DNA of 61,527 nt, filler included, from Choristocarpus tenellus KU-1152 (GCA_964200185.2; 12 parts of 12 records of this genome joined end to end with filler, not necessarily neighbours in it); one strand, 5' to 3'; positions 1 to 13,648 are shown, counted from the whole stretch's first letter. Notes: generated from the letters alone by a model not told the origin. Made by a program: numbers and translations.

Positions 1-3000
1 GTAACCTCTGAGCCCTCCATCATGGGAGTACCCATACCCCGCGCCCCCCCCTGGCTACCTCTGCAATGCCTCTGACTGGATACCCTTACACTGAGCTTCC
101 TGCGCTGAGGTGCGTCATGAGCAAAATTCTTGTCAAACACAGCCAACACCGCATCCATGGTGAGGCGCCGGTAGGCATCCGCCTTCCTAAACCGACGGAA
201 AAAATCATGTGTGCGACCTGCAATGGACCCCCACATCCGCTGTGCCTCTTCCCCCATGTTGCGCTCACGACGCAAGACAGCCGACAACAGTGCTGCAACA
301 GTTGCATCAAACTCCTTTGCCGACATGACCTCCAGCTCCCCTCTAAACCTGGCTACCCACGCCTCCACCCTCTCCTCCAACTCTTCCGGTCGCCGGTCAG
401 GTCCCTGCACCACAATCGACCAGCCCAGCGGACCCTGACCAGGGACTGATGACGGGCTCCGCCCCAGGCTTGTCTCTACAATGTATCCCAGTTGCTCCTC
501 TGTCCGTAATGTTTGGAATGCTGATGTCTGCCCCACCGTGTTGATGAAGGCCAGGGCAGCCTCCAAATCAAGCAATGCCTCATCCACAACACTTCCCCCC
601 CTTGAAGACGCTCCTCCTACATCCTCCACTAGCGGCAAGTAATCACTGGCAACAACAGCACCAACGCCCTCTTCCTCAAAACCATCTCCCAGCATCACCT
701 CCTCACCCCCCACCCCTGCAGCAGTGTGTACTGCCTCAACCTGGAAGCATACCTCAACAGCAGAATTCTCCTCACTTGCAGTAGCTGCCTCAAGTTCCAC
801 CACTACATGCCCCTGTTGAGGGAGCTTCACCGTCGCCCGAGAGGGTAGCTCATCATCTCTCAGTCCCCTTGGTGAGCGGAGGGCATCCTGTACAGACTGA
901 CCAACTGCAATGGCTTCAGATTTTGCAATGTTGCCATGAGTAAGGATGTCTGCTCTAAGTCGACTGAGGGAGGCCTCCATTGTCTGGGTCATGGCAAGGG
1001 GTGAGCAAAGCTGAGGGTCTTCAAGTGCTCTCTGGTACTCACTGATGTGCCATGTGTCAGTCTCCAGGACCTGTTGCAGTAGTTCATGAAAGGGAAGAGG
1101 ACAGCAAGGGGTACAAGAGTACACTTGTTCAGAGGATCAGATATGAAGAGGTCGGGACAAAATGGACTACACATATTCCTCTTGGTAAAAAATGTGTATG
1201 GTTCATCCACACCATACTTACTAAGAACAGGAATACAAGATGCCGGAACAAAGGAGTCGAATATGCCCCATGCCAACAAATTTCAAAATACATACATGCT
1301 TCCAAAATAGCAATCAGTACAAGTACCTACACAATCAGGGGGGGAGCAAAGCATGAACGTTTAATTTCACTAGGAACAACAACAAACATGCAAACATTCA
1401 AACATGCAAACAATCCCTCATGGCAAGGAAGGAATACTGTCCCCATACTTGAACTCTGATGAGTTGTCAGACACCTTGACTGAACTCAACACTAACTGTG
1501 CAATGCAACTGATCAAAACCCTTCCAGACTCCCCCCCCCCCAAAAAAGAAAAAACTCAATACAGAAAAATTTAGATTCCATCTATGCAACACTAGTCCTC
1601 CCACCTGGCGAGCATAGTACGTGGCTGTCTGGTAAGGTTGTTGCTGATCCACATTCCGGTAGTGGCGCAGGAGGTTCTCTCTCTGTGTCTCAAACCGACG
1701 AAGCAATACCCTCTCCCGAAGGGACAACGCCTCCACCTCCACACTCCCATCACTATAGTCACTCACCCCTACAGCCGTGGTTGTTACCTTGGCCCCTAAA
1801 GCTCTATACTCTTCAAGGAGCTGATTGATATGACCAAGTATCTTGGACATTAGTACTGGAACCTGGTTATAACGGTGATTTTGTTATCATAGCAGCAAAT
1901 GGCCAATGACACCAGAACGTTCCATGGGGAAGAGATAAATGTGGGCAAGGGTTTTGAGTTCTCTATTTTCCTGCGTGCGCCAACATTTAAAAAGACGTAA
2001 GTAATGGAGTTCTAGCTCAGGAACTCTGAAGTCTACCAGGGGAAAATGAAACAACCTTCACTTCCTCCCCCCCCCCTTCCAACCTCACACTAGAGGAAAG
2101 TAACAACTCACTCAACTAAATAATGTTTTTTGTACTCAATCAACACCAATATACCAAGGTATGTCCATTATTTCAAGCTATGGTATATTCCTATCCATCA
2201 GATACCATATTATGATGGTAACATACTATCTCATGTGTTTGAGAGAGAACCACCAGCAAGTCCTGTGACAGGTAGCGCTTGCACTCCCTGCCATTTTGCA
2301 AAAAAAGGTTTTCAATACCCTGTAGAGGCCTCCTCTTATCCTCCATGAGGGATCTCCCTGGGCATGCTCCCCTATACCTTACAGGCATTCTAAATCCACA
2401 CAGGTCTGAAGGATACATCTTTGTGCTGCACACACACCCTCTTACCAAAATAAATGCTTTTGCATTGTCCAAGCCCATGTAATGTGATGGGCTGGTTCAA
2501 TCCACCACACAGTCAGCCCCTTCCCATACACTGTGTTTCCTATGTCATTTAAATCATTCGCTCCATACCAATTCCCACTCAACATCAACAGTGTTGGTAC
2601 TACTAATCCACAGCCTCCTCCTCGCTCACCTTGGAATTGAACCCAGCCACGCTCATTTGCAACCCAAAGGTGGTCATCTCCACACTGTACACAAGATCTG
2701 CCAGGGAGGCATCGTAGGTAAACAAGTTCAAGTCCTCCCTCAGCAGTGTTGTGAACAAACGCGCATTCGAAGCCCCCTCGGGAGAACCATACGGCTCTGG
2801 GGTCCATAACTTAGCTACCACCACTGTACGGGGAGTTCGGTATGATCGATCCATCTTGTGCCACACGAATACTGGTTTGATTGTATCATCTCCTGCCACT
2901 GACCCACCCAACCTTGTGAGAGCAGACAAGGAGCTGGCGCCATCAATAACCTTGGACACCAGTCCACCCCCATAGCCTCCATCCTCAAGCTGGGTGGGGG

Positions 3001-6000
3001 GAATGAGGCGTGGCCAATCCTCTGGTTCAACTGCATCAAGAGCGACCTGGGGTATGCTGTGGGGCAGGTGAAAGTCCACTTCTTGGATACTCTCATCACT
3101 CGCACCCTCACCATCAACTTCCATGTCACAACGTAGAGCAAAATCAGAGGGAATGAACACATTTTTTCCAGGAAGGTGGAAGAGGCTATCATTAATGAGG
3201 CTATCATTAATGTCCTCCACACCGCTTGAGAAATCAATGAAGTGAGGTCGCTCCAATTTATGCATCAGCGACATGGGTAATGGCTCCACCTGTTCAAAAT
3301 AATAAAGCAGCTGTGTCAGCATGAGCATTGCACTTGATTCAAATGGTTGCAGAAATTGGGGTGGTCAAAGCTATCCATCCATTCAAATGTATGCATGAGA
3401 TTAAGGTAACAGATTAGGGTAATCAAACAGAATAGAACCAACAGTGAAGGACACAATACCAAATAACCCCAAACAACCAGCAACAAATGCCGTAAGCCAA
3501 AACACCCACATGAAAAGAAGTCATACGAACCACTGCATTGCTCTGTCGCAGTTTCGTGATACAACAATCACATTGAAGTGGAAATGTTTGCAATGCCCAC
3601 CTAAGCCTCAACCTGACAAGTTCCTCTTCATAACACCAACTCTAATTAGCACAAGCGCACCCAATCCCCCTCGCATGGCACAACACTACTTCAACTAGAA
3701 GGTTCACCCCCTCATCTTTTCCGCAGAACTATCCATTTTCTGTTGGTACCAAAGACCTAAAAGGGATCTCCTCTGAGGCACCAGGGCCCAAGAGCAGTAA
3801 TAATCTGGTTGACCAATCCTGAGAAGACAAAAAAAATCAGCCTTTCCAGTGGTGTAGTCCTCATCAAGTAGATAACCCCCCCCCCCCCCCCCCCCCCCCT
3901 CCCCCCCCCCGCGGACAGGGCCGTTGGGGGAGAGGGGGTGGTNNNNNNNNNNAAGCTTTTGACCACACCCAGAGAAAAAACAAAAAAAATGCCCCCCCCG
4001 GCGTGTAGTCCCCCCTGCGAAGTCACCCCCCCCCCCCCCCCCCAGCTTGCTTCTCCCCCCTCACCTTGTACATTGTTCCATACCAGTTCTCACTGATCCA
4101 CCCCCCATCAGCACCTTCCTTTTCTGCTATTCTTGCTGCCTCTTTGCATACTAGCTTCACCTAAAGGTATCAGCAATGATTAACAAAACAATGTACAAGG
4201 TGTGTGACTTCATCTGAGCAAAACAAAGGAAATGAGGAGTGCCAACAGTGGCCAATACCACACCTCTTCATCGTGCTCTTCACCTGCTGCTAATCACAAA
4301 ACTCAACTCCCTTCACTCTCATTTTGGTGTGTCCCCTTCCTCCCCAAAGATGAATCAAAGTTATCAGTACTTACCTAGCCTTATCTCTCCTGTCCCAGAA
4401 AATATTGACAAGTTGGACCTATTAATGGTACACATTCCCTACAATGTGATCATAGGCTATGCTAGAGAGAAATACATCCCTTAGTTCACCCATTACCTAT
4501 CACCAAACCAAAATAAAAACCAAACCAGTAACACTCTAGAATTGTGCATTTTTCTTTGCACCCTTGAAAAGAGGTCATCTCGACAGAAATGGACAAATTT
4601 GTGTGAACAGAATCACCAAACCAATGGGGAGGGGGGGGGGGGGAGGGAACAAGCAGTGAAAGACACTGATACAACACCAAAAATTTGAAACACCAAACCA
4701 ACCTCCTTCCATGTACACAAGAAAGGAAATCCCTCAGTTTGAAGTGCCAACCTATATAGGTGACAAGGAGAGGGCACCAACCTGACAGTTTTCTGGTGTG
4801 AGCCTTTCAAGGTGATCGCTGATGATCTCTGGATCCCACTCCTCAATGACATATGGCCCACGGAGGACCTGCAGAAGGAGGAAGGGGATGGGAATGGACG
4901 CACTTCTTAAAACTACCATCAACCTCTTTCATCTTCAAAAACAAACATACACAGGCTCTCTAGATGGATATATTGTAAGCCTCATCCCATGTCCCCACAA
5001 TGTCACCTCATATATACGTAAGAGTTAACAGCTCCCTCTACAATGTACCCTACACCTCCACTTTACACATCTGCTGCCTCTCCTTACCCAAGCAGGCCAA
5101 ACATACTCACTCAAAGACAGCTTATACCCTAGTACACCCCAAAACTGTCCCTGAATCCTTACAGTGTACACATCATCATACATGATACATGTAACTTCCC
5201 ATGTCCAGCCAAAATCCCTCTACTCCACTAAACACTGCACACATCACCCCATCCCCCCTGTCACTCACTTCTGATGGGTCTCCCCCATCTGCAAGCGTAG
5301 TCGCCACAGAGCGCACTGCCTTAGATGGGTCACCCTTCTCCTGGAACTGAAATCGAATCTTACCCATGTCTGTCAGCTCATCCTGGTACACAATACAAGA
5401 AACAACGTGCAAAACACATACATGCCGCATCACGTCACATCACATCACAACACAACACAACACAACACAACACAAAACACAGTACATTGTGATAGAAGAT
5501 GGTGTAAAGGGCCCTTACAAGGCAGGTAATTGGATGTACTATAGGTGTAACTCAGAGCTGCTGCAGTCAGGTGTACAGCAAAGATAGTTAAGACGGTGTA
5601 TATGGATATGACATCTCTATATCTTTCAAAGATGTGTTAGGACCATGAGAGCGTAATAATGGGGCTTTACAAAAAAAAACTACAATAAACAATAGGGGTG
5701 GGCTAGAGCAGTGATAGAATTGTTCCCCCTTGACCCCAGGCACAAAACTCTGTCCAACCAAAAAGATTCCTGGAGCTGAAGGCACAAATACTAGCACAAC
5801 AAAACTCTGAACTTGAAATCGCAAAGTCAGCCACACTGAGTCATATCACAAACCAAAAAAGTCATGAGCAAAGGTCTCTCTTAGAGGGGGAAGCTGCAAG
5901 GTATTCTCAGGCCATCCCAATGGCATGTGGCGTACAAATAGCTCTTGTAACCATAGAAAGAGGAAAAACAATGCAAAAGTCAGAAGAAATATGCACAGTC

Positions 6001-8645
6001 ACAAAACAACACAGTAGATTAAATAACTAACCCTAACCCCAACCTGTACACTCTTTTGAGGAGGTTCTGCTCGAAGCATGCCTATGTACTTGTAGCACAA
6101 CTCCACCACCTCCTCCATGTGCTCCAACCCCGCCTTGGTAAGGGACAAGCTAAGTCGAAATAGCATGAAGTCAGACACCACAACATTGCTACCAGCTGAC
6201 ACACTCGACACCCATCCACGGCCATGGAGCTGTGCATACAGACCCCCTCCTCCTTCGTGACCCTTTGTCAATGAAGAGGGGGAGGGGATGAGAAAGAGTG
6301 ACAGGGGAGGGGGAGGGGACACGGGGGGGTTTGGTTAAGAAGTGAATAAGAGAATGTGAGATGATTCATACATGGGGAGAGGACAGAATAATATCCCCCA
6401 CTGCTTTCATCTCTTCTCACCTCTTGCATCTGTATCAAACATTTACATAAAACTGTTCCACTGGGTATAGTGGAACATCAATCTCCCAACACCCTACCGC
6501 AGGAGGATAGAAATATTAATAAAGTGAATGGAAAACGAAAATATTGAGATGACCACTCAGGTAGAGTGTGCACTTAGAGGGGGTGATGACCCTTACATAG
6601 ATCATGCAAGGTAGGTACCCAGCCTCTGATTTCATCAACAATGAGATAACCATTTAGATAACCATTGAGATAACCATTGAGATAACACTGTACCACCAGG
6701 AAAGACAGTCAGGCAACTTTGCTGTCCTCCTAACTATTCTTATTCCCAAAAAAAATACAATTTTTTTTTTACCATTTTGATTCAATGTATTGTTCATACC
6801 ATCTTCTGTCTCTCCCTCCATCACTGCAATCAAACCCCTCAACCACAAAATACAACCACAAAAGTACTCACTAAGAGATGAGAGATGTAAGACGTAGGTC
6901 TACTCCTCATGTTTAGTCTCCTTGGTGGCAAGGGCCATGAAAGGGATAGACTCCTCGTCTCCTTCTTAGGCACCACTGTCACCAACTTCCCCAGCTGCTC
7001 AGGCCCAAATGCCACCTCATCTCCATAATCAGGAATGGAAGGCGTTCTCCTGTTCCGGATACTTGAGAATTGTTCTCGGACCCAGCCCTGAAGAGCCAAA
7101 AAGGGTATAAAGGTCAGTGAGATATGGAACATAAAGGGGAAGCACGTTGCTCTGGATTCCCTGATAATGATCGCATGTTAAATCTGTAGAGAGACTTGTA
7201 CCGCCCTGAAAGAAAAATAATCCACACTCCAGAATAGCATTGATTTTTCATGGATGAATTTGATTGACCCTCTCCCCACAAGGATGCTTGAGGTATGGGC
7301 GGTGCAAGACTCAATAGTCTCCTACGATTAAACACAACACATCCCAACAACTTAGCTGCAACTTAGCTACAACTTAGCTGCAGCATCAACGGCAATACAT
7401 GGAAACAATGTCATTGAAGTGCCTCTTTCCCTTTGAAGATAGATTTCAAAATATGAAACTAAACTAAAACCTTGTGACAAAAGGCACACTCAATTACCCA
7501 ACAATCAGTGACCTCCTTCAGAGCAATCCTGACCTGGGCAACAAAAGGTACACTCCAACAGACCACAACACCGGCACAGTAATCTCCACACCTTGACAAC
7601 AGGTCAGAACACTGCCACAAACAGAGTCCCTAGATTACTGCATGTATTTCAAGCCCTCAAGGCATACACAGCAACCAGAAATAACAATAAAAAAATAACC
7701 AATATGACATACACACCACAACACTCACTTCAGAGTGGAAAATAGTGTAACCACCTCCACGAGCTAACACGAGCTAACCCTAACCCTAACACATTAAGGC
7801 ACACCACAATGGGAGCCGAACCAACAGCTCTTACGCAATGAATACAATCAACTCTAAGCAAAAGTCTAATACCATTGCACTGTCAGGCTTTCTTCAGCAT
7901 ATATCCTAAAGAGTCACCACTTCCACCTATTTAGGAAAGCAGGTCCTCCTCCTTCGACAATCGATCCCCTTTTTCTTATATTTGGACATGATGACAACGG
8001 ATCAGGTTAGAGCAATGGCTGAAACTGTGTGACCCCTTTTGATCAGCAACACCCATAACTCTCAAGTCCAGCACGCAGGCAGTGGTTGGAAAGCACAATC
8101 AAGGTATTCACAGAGCCTCAGGAACCCCCTTCAATCTGATCCCTACAACAGCAACTCTGAGATAAGCAGAAGCGGCATCAAAATAAGGCATGGCACTTGA
8201 AAAGTGTCGTAAATGAAACTTGTGTCTCTGTGAAGGAAGTCACTGGGCTCTCAAATGGTGTCAGGCATAACAGGGGGTGAATCCTAAGGCAAGGGCGACA
8301 AAGAAATTTGAAAGAGTGTCCTGAACCTCAAAGACAGGTTTCTTGACCCTATCAAATGGCTCTCGTGGTGCCCAACTTACTCTCCCTAATGTGCACACCA
8401 TCCCCATCAATCGTTTCCTCTACCAACAACATAAAATATAAAAAGGAAAGAAGTCATTCACAGAAACTACAAACAACAATACCATACTATCACACTATTG
8501 TACTCCACATCCCTAACCCTGAGGTTGTGTAAATGAAAAAAAAACTATTAGGCGACTGGCTCACCTCAAGGGTGTCAAGGTCCTCCATTCCCAGCACACA
8601 TAGCTTCATTATGTTCGCCGAGTAATAAGTCTCATGGAACTTGAT
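1..8645 (-). CDS. IDE: Insulysin/insulin-degrading-enzyme-like M16A metallopeptidase, partial (8 exons; N-terminal HXXEH exon and stop codon outside the window)
   Basis: Exons in transcript order: 8645-8565, 7087-6872, 6262-6044, 5382-5269, 4868-4782, 4160-4065, 3289-2630, 1862-1605, then 1070-1 (open to the window edge, so missing from the ORF track); nine coding segments in all. All have AG/GT ends and join in frame. Translation gives IDE-like motifs: KFHETYYSANIMKLCVLG, YISHLLGHEGGGGL, ENWYGTMYK, FHLPGKNVFIPSDF, VWHKMDRSYRTP, HGNIAKSEA, AFQTLRTEEQLGYIV, RRKLSV. Confidence 0.93.
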
Positions 8646-9021
8646 CTAAAGCACAGTATGATAGAATCATTCAGGGCCAGGGGGGNNNNNNNNNNAATGA
8701 CGAAAGAAAGTGAAAAAAAAAAAGAGAAAGAAAAACATGACGGGGGGGGGGGGGGGGGGGGGGTGATAGGTGAAGTATTATTCCAGAGTACCAAAGATAG
8801 TACACAACAAATAGAGTCAGAATTTGAGAAGGGTTGACATGAAGTAGAGTCACAATTGAAGATACCTTAACCACACCACCAAACAATGACTGCATATCAT
8901 ACTTCTTTTGGCCATCACAGGCGATAGCAGTCACTCCAAATAAAAGAATACGCACCCAAAAACAATTAGGTGCTGCGCTCAAGGCAGGGGATGCGCCGGG
9001 CCTCCGTCCCGCGGTGCCATC

Positions 9022-9121
9022 NNNNNNNNNNNNNNNNNNNNNNNNNNNNNNNNNNNNNNNNNNNNTTAATTAATTAANNNNNNNNNNNNNNNNNNNNNNN
9101 NNNNNNNNNNNNNNNNNNNNN
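9022..9121. other. Artificial contig-joining spacer (first of 11)
   Basis: 44 N + TTAATTAATTAA (stops in all six frames) + 44 N. Identical 100-nt spacers at 12687-12786, 18020-18119, 23663-23762, 30234-30333, 34110-34209, 41087-41186, 44944-45043, 51045-51144, 55235-55334 and 57944-58043. Confidence 0.99.
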
Positions 9122-9317
9122 GTGTCTCTTTATGCTATGGCATTGTCTATGTGGTGGATGTTGGTGTTGCTGTAGTGGAGAACAAGGACTCCTGTATAGT
9201 TAGTCACACTTGTTACTGCTGTTGAGCATGCATACGTCATACAAATGCTGCTTCAAAGAAAATAATAATAGTAACCTATGTTTTGGTGGGATTTTTCCTG
9301 TGCTGTTTTGTGCTTAT

Positions 9318-9501
9318 GACTCAAAAGTATCTGGGGGGGGAGGGGTGGCGGCTGTCCATTTGGGGTCAATTTTTCATGTCATGATTTTTGGGTGATTTGG
9401 TTGCATACGTCGGATGGTTACTGCAAATGCACTTTTTCTGATTTTGACCCAAATGGGACACCCTAGTGTATTCCCCCCCCACCTCCCAGATACTTAGGGT
9501 C
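9318..9501. mobile_element. MITE family A (~180 bp), full-length copy
   Basis: TIRs GACTCAAAAGTATCTGGG...CCCAGATACTTAGGGTC. Inverted subterminal GTCCATTTGGG/CCCAAATGG motifs. Many copies in the window. Confidence 0.85.
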
Positions 9502-10864
9502 TTTTTGCAGTTTTTTTTGGGGGGGGGCGGGGTTCTCCTGGCAACTACAAGAGTGTCTCACACTCAAGCTATGTTTGAAATGTTTGCCCCACTCCCTTTG
9601 GCTTCCTCACAATCTCTGTACCATCACACATCCCAGACTTGACCAAATTGCCGTCCAATCCCTCCTGTCTATGCTCACTCATGAATGATCACCTCTCAAA
9701 GGACATATATCACACCACTAAGGGTTCCACCTCTGCACATTTTTTCTTGAACCTCCACCACTCCATTCCTAACCATCCCCACACTCACTACTAGGTATGG
9801 AAAGTGCTGGAGAGGTCAACCTGGAAGATGTGAGATGTATCACGCAAACTAAGTCAACTCCAATGTGAAGCTGTTTGCACAACTCCCCTTTCCCATTAAC
9901 CCAATTCCTATGTTCCCCCTATCTTCTCTACCAGTGTCATCGCTGACATAACACCTAGCATATGTGGGATGTCACCACTACACTTTCAATGTCCCCTCGG
10001 CGCATGCAAGTATTAGTAGTCTCTACCATATCCTCAATCTTGCATGTTGAAGATGTTGACAGGCTGCACTTTCCCTCTGGGAAAAGCAATTGAAGTTGAC
10101 GGGCTACACAATGGCCCTCACGAACATCGCGGCAACAATATCAACTTGGCAAACCACTTATTTGCGGTTCTCAAGTCAGGTTTGTGTTCACTATGCAAAT
10201 ATGGTTGCACCTCCAAGGTAGGCTGTTCTTTCTCTCTTCTTAGACTTGAATGAATTGACCTGCATCTCGAACCTCTCCACCATCTGTGACCCAACTTTGA
10301 ACGTAGTTTCTCCACACCCATCTGCTTCATTGCTGCTATGTGCTTTTGAGCTTGACTCCCCCCTGCAGTTTTGATCTCCAGGCAATGGGTGCCTCATTAA
10401 GTAGCTTGATGTATCCAGTGATGTTCCGTCTCACAACAAATTGATTAGCCAGTCCGAGCCTCCGTAACCAAGAGATCCTATTTTGTGTCCATGTCTCTGC
10501 CTCTTGGATAGTGAATCCCTACATTGCTAGTACCACCTGCAACATATCGTAGTTCATAACCTTTCAATTGTCTGGTGTAGTGTAAACTGCATTGCAATCT
10601 ATCTCCCTCAATTCTTGGAAATGTACAATCGGAGGTTCTTTTGTCCTATGAACATCAGGTTCCCCAAAATGGTTCAGTGGAGTTGACACCTCTGGTCCAG
10701 TTCTCGTCATCATTGAGCCCAGAGTCAGGTCCGTCCCTGGAATCAAGGGCAATGGAGCAGTCCAAAATATCGATTTCATCTCTCAATGGTAATACGTTTG
10801 GCATATAGGCGATGGTTAAGTGAAACAACCTAGAGTTGTCAACCAGGACCAATTGACATAGGCT

Positions 10865-11118
10865 GACCCAAAACATTTAAGAGGGTAGGGCTGCATCTGT
10901 TCAGGATCATAAACCTACTGTAGCTATTTGATTAACTCTGGCTATCATGTTTGTTAGTAAGTGTCAATATCCTTGCTCCGGACACACTTTTCATAGTCAT
11001 ACATTTTAGGTAACTGTCTTACAGAGAAAACCGAAAAGGGGCATAAAAAGCCTGAGGGAAGCCAAGCCCCGAATGGACGAACAGGGCGATACTCCTACCC
11101 TCTTGAATGTTTTGACTA
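10865..11118. mobile_element. MITE family B, diverged subfamily copy
   Basis: GACCCAAAACATTTAAGAGGGTAG...CTACCCTCTTGAATGTTTTGACTA, flanked by GGCT on both sides. Internal sequence resembles 21109-21367. Confidence 0.7.
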
Positions 11119-11571
11119 GGCTGCATCCAATCACAAAAATAAAATTATAACAGAATATTATTGGATTGATTCTTTGAGTATTCTGCACTAGTGGACATAT
11201 ACCTCTGAAATTTCCTGTTTGCATCATGCGCAATGAAAACTCCCATACGCGTGATACTCCAGAGTACATGAACGCAAGGTTCTTATAGGCTCAAAATGTT
11301 TCGCCTCCAGCAGGGCGCCTTGCAAGTCAGGAGACACATTTTCTCGTGTCAACACCACTTGTCGGTCACACTTCACATTTGACTATGCACTATAGCCCCA
11401 ACAATGAATTGCGATTAACTGGCCAGCAAGGGATAGAGTAACTATAGTCGTAGGTTACAAAAATCTCCCCGTTGCACAACTCTATACAAAAAAAATCATT
11501 CCACTTACATGGTACCCTAATTAATTTTTCTGAGATCCCCAAGATCTTGTCCTTTCTACCTTTTTGGTAGA

Positions 11572-11751
11572 GGCTCAAAATATCTGGGGATGGGGTGGCG
11601 GCTGTCCATTTGGGGTCAATTTTTCCATGTCGCAATTTTTGGATGATTTGGTTGTATGTGTCGGATGGATAATTTAAGTGCACTTTTCCTGGTCAGGGAC
11701 CAAATGGACACCCTGATGTAGAACCCCTCCCCCCCCCAGACACTTTGAGCC
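11572..11751. mobile_element. MITE family A, full-length copy
   Basis: GGCTCAAAATATCTGGGG...CCCCAGACACTTTGAGCC. Flanks TAGA/TAGG. Confidence 0.85.
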
Positions 11752-12019
11752 TAGGCTGGTCCTCATCTGCTCCATTTCTTCACGAAAATCCCCAGTCAAA
11801 GTGATACCACCTATATAGTGACAACCTAGCATCCTTCTCCGTCTGTCCTGTACGTCTGGGCTGTTAAGTTGTAGCTCTTCAGGATGACCTCCAATTACAA
11901 AACGGACCTTTTCGTTGGATTCCTTAGAATAGTTTACATTAAAAAATGATGTCTTACCTCCATTTGACACCGTCAACTCACCAATCCAGGGCCACCACTG
12001 AGGCCGCTCAGTGTACTTC

Positions 12020-12616
12020 AGTTGATCTAGCCAACCCACCCTCCCGCTGCCTTTTATTGGTCCCGGTGTGCTCTATCTCGAAATCGTTCCCCCCTAGCAC
12101 CCTTTACACCCGACTGCACCTCTTAAACAGACTCTGCCACACCCTCTCACCCATGTCTGCATCGTACACATGGAACATGCTTGAAACCCCCTCAACAAGT
12201 TCATCAATGGTGCTGTAACGCTCTGCCCAAACCCTGATCTTCATAGATGCAAAAAACCCCAAACCACTGATGTTGAGACCTAGCAACTGCGCTGCCTGTG
12301 TCACGAGCTTAATGTTCCATTCCTTCTCCATCCCTGCTGCGTTCAGTTTCTGCACCGTGCCCTTGCCCATATGTGGGGCCGAGTTGTCCCATTGTTGGAC
12401 ACCAAATGCTGAAAGCTTGCCGACTTCCCAAGTTCAACCACACCATCTCTGTCGATGAACTTTACTGCTTTCCTGGGCCACCTCATCAATGTAGAGGCAG
12501 CTGTTGCCCCAGTTGCTGTGTCAGGCACTCTCAAGCCCCAAACTTGTATATCCTTGCTGCTTTCGTCAATGAATATCTGTTAATACTTCACCTCCTTGAG
12601 GTCGACTTCGAACTAA
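12020..12616 (-). pseudogene. Decayed Tc1/mariner transposase C-terminal half (plant/oomycete-mariner-like, about DD39-40D spacing)
   Basis: VQQWDNSAPHMGKGTVQKLNAAG...WNIKLVTQAAQLLGLNISGLGFFASMK...YSTIDELVEGV...ERVWQSL, then GNDFEIEH after a stop/frameshift. Matches the pattern QQDNAxPH...QPxNSPDLNxLDLGFF...TIDEL...GGNxY. The SPDL motif is mutated. A MITE A copy interrupts it at 12617. Confidence 0.75.
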
Positions 12617-12686
12617 GACTCAAAGTATCTGGGAGGGGGTGGCGGATGTCCATTTGGGGTCAATTTTTTCATGTCGCATTTTTTGG
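12617..12686. mobile_element. MITE family A, truncated at contig end
   Basis: GACTCAAAGTATCTGGGAGGGGGTGGCGGATGTCCATTTGGGGTC. Other contig-end A or A-like fragments: 18120-18140, 23633-23662, 30161-30233, 30334-30372, 34015-34070, 51025-51044, 51145-51168. Confidence 0.85.
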
Positions 12687-12996
12687 NNNNNNNNNNNNNN
12701 NNNNNNNNNNNNNNNNNNNNNNNNNNNNNNTTAATTAATTAANNNNNNNNNNNNNNNNNNNNNNNNNNNNNNNNNNNNNNNNNNNNAGCATGAAACAGGG
12801 TGTATGCGTATGTCAAGACTTTTGTTCGACAGTATTTTTCTTGCCATATGGGCTGCTTGCGAAGGGGGGTGAGGGTGGGGGGGGCGTCTGTCCTGTCCCT
12901 CAGCCTACTTCTGTTGGAATATCTTTTTTGGGTTAGGCATGTTATGAGTTCGTTCTTCTTTCCTCTATGTACGTCTGCTGCTTCCTCTCCTGACAG

Positions 12997-13329
12997 GTCT
13001 GTCTGCAGATGTCGGAGCAGGTGCTAGTTCCTGCGCCAAGCAAGGAAGAGGAGGATGCCCTGTCCGTCATGGACCTTGGCGCTGGCAAGATTGCAGAAAA
13101 AGGCTCTATAGTGATTGGAAGTTCAGGAAGATTGATGCAAGGCAGCAAGGTGAAATACCCCAGCCCCAGGATTGGGGGACAGAGCAGTAGAGGACGAGGA
13201 TTCAGCCCAGCAACAGTGGGGCCGAGTCGGGGAGCACGTACTGGCACTATGGGGAAGGTGACAGGAGCATCGAAGGCTCTCAGAGAGGAGTCAAAGATAG
13301 AGGAACAAAGTGATGGTGCTGCCGTTTAA
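12997..13329 (+). CDS. Probable 3'-terminal exon of an unidentified gene (Gly/Ser-rich, low complexity)
   Basis: Pyrimidine tract + TGACAG acceptor at 12996. Open frame VCLQMSEQVLVPAP...SDGAAV to TAA, followed by AT-rich UTR-like sequence. Confidence 0.55.
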   Translation, partial: VCLQMSEQVLVPAPSKEEEDALSVMDLGAGKIAEKGSIVIGSSGRLMQGSKVKYPSPRIGGQSSRGRGFSPATVGPSRGARTGTMGKVTGASKALREESKIEEQSDGAAV

Positions 13330-13553
13330 ACGGCCCCTGAAGTAACAAAATATACACACTTAAATAGTTACATAATGATTGCTTTTGTCAAAAAAGAGGC
13401 CCGATGAGTGTATATAAATACTATTGACGGGAGGGTTTTTTTTCGATTTTTTTTTTTTTAATTGGGTATTATAGAAAAAAAACAAATTGAGTTGGGCATG
13501 CACTGAAGAATGAGAAAGGACCTTTTGTGTTGTGTTGTGAACTGTGTATTGTT

Positions 13554-13648
13554 GTGGTTGGTACCATAGTTGGTACCGTGGTTGGTACCGTGGTTGGTAC
13601 CGTGGTTGGTACCGTGGTTGGTACCGTGGTTGGTACCGTGGTTGGTAC
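13554..13648. repeat. 12-bp minisatellite (GTGGTTGGTACC) x8
   Basis: Eight contiguous units, one variant ATAGTTGGTACC, no spacers. Confidence 0.95.

Noticed and set aside
66-784. Plus-strand ORFs of 69-127 aa
   Set aside because: They are antisense shadows of the large IDE exon (1070-1). The same applies to ORFs opposite the kinesin, 38071-38691 and 45815-46814 exons.
9066-9077. Recurrent TTAATTAATTAA palindrome as a biological repeat or recombination site
   Set aside because: It is always centred in exactly 44 N + 44 N, so it is a six-frame-stop linker added when contigs were concatenated.
12020-12616. Mariner transposase as the mobiliser of MITE A/B
   Set aside because: Mariners duplicate TA, whereas the MITE TSDs are 3-4 bp of varied sequence. 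A MITE A copy also disrupts this relic.
13554-13648. CRISPR-like array, or a YQPR/GTNH repeat protein
   Set aside because: Units are contiguous 12-mers without spacers, no cas genes are present, and the ORFs are by-products of the repeat in UTR-like sequence.
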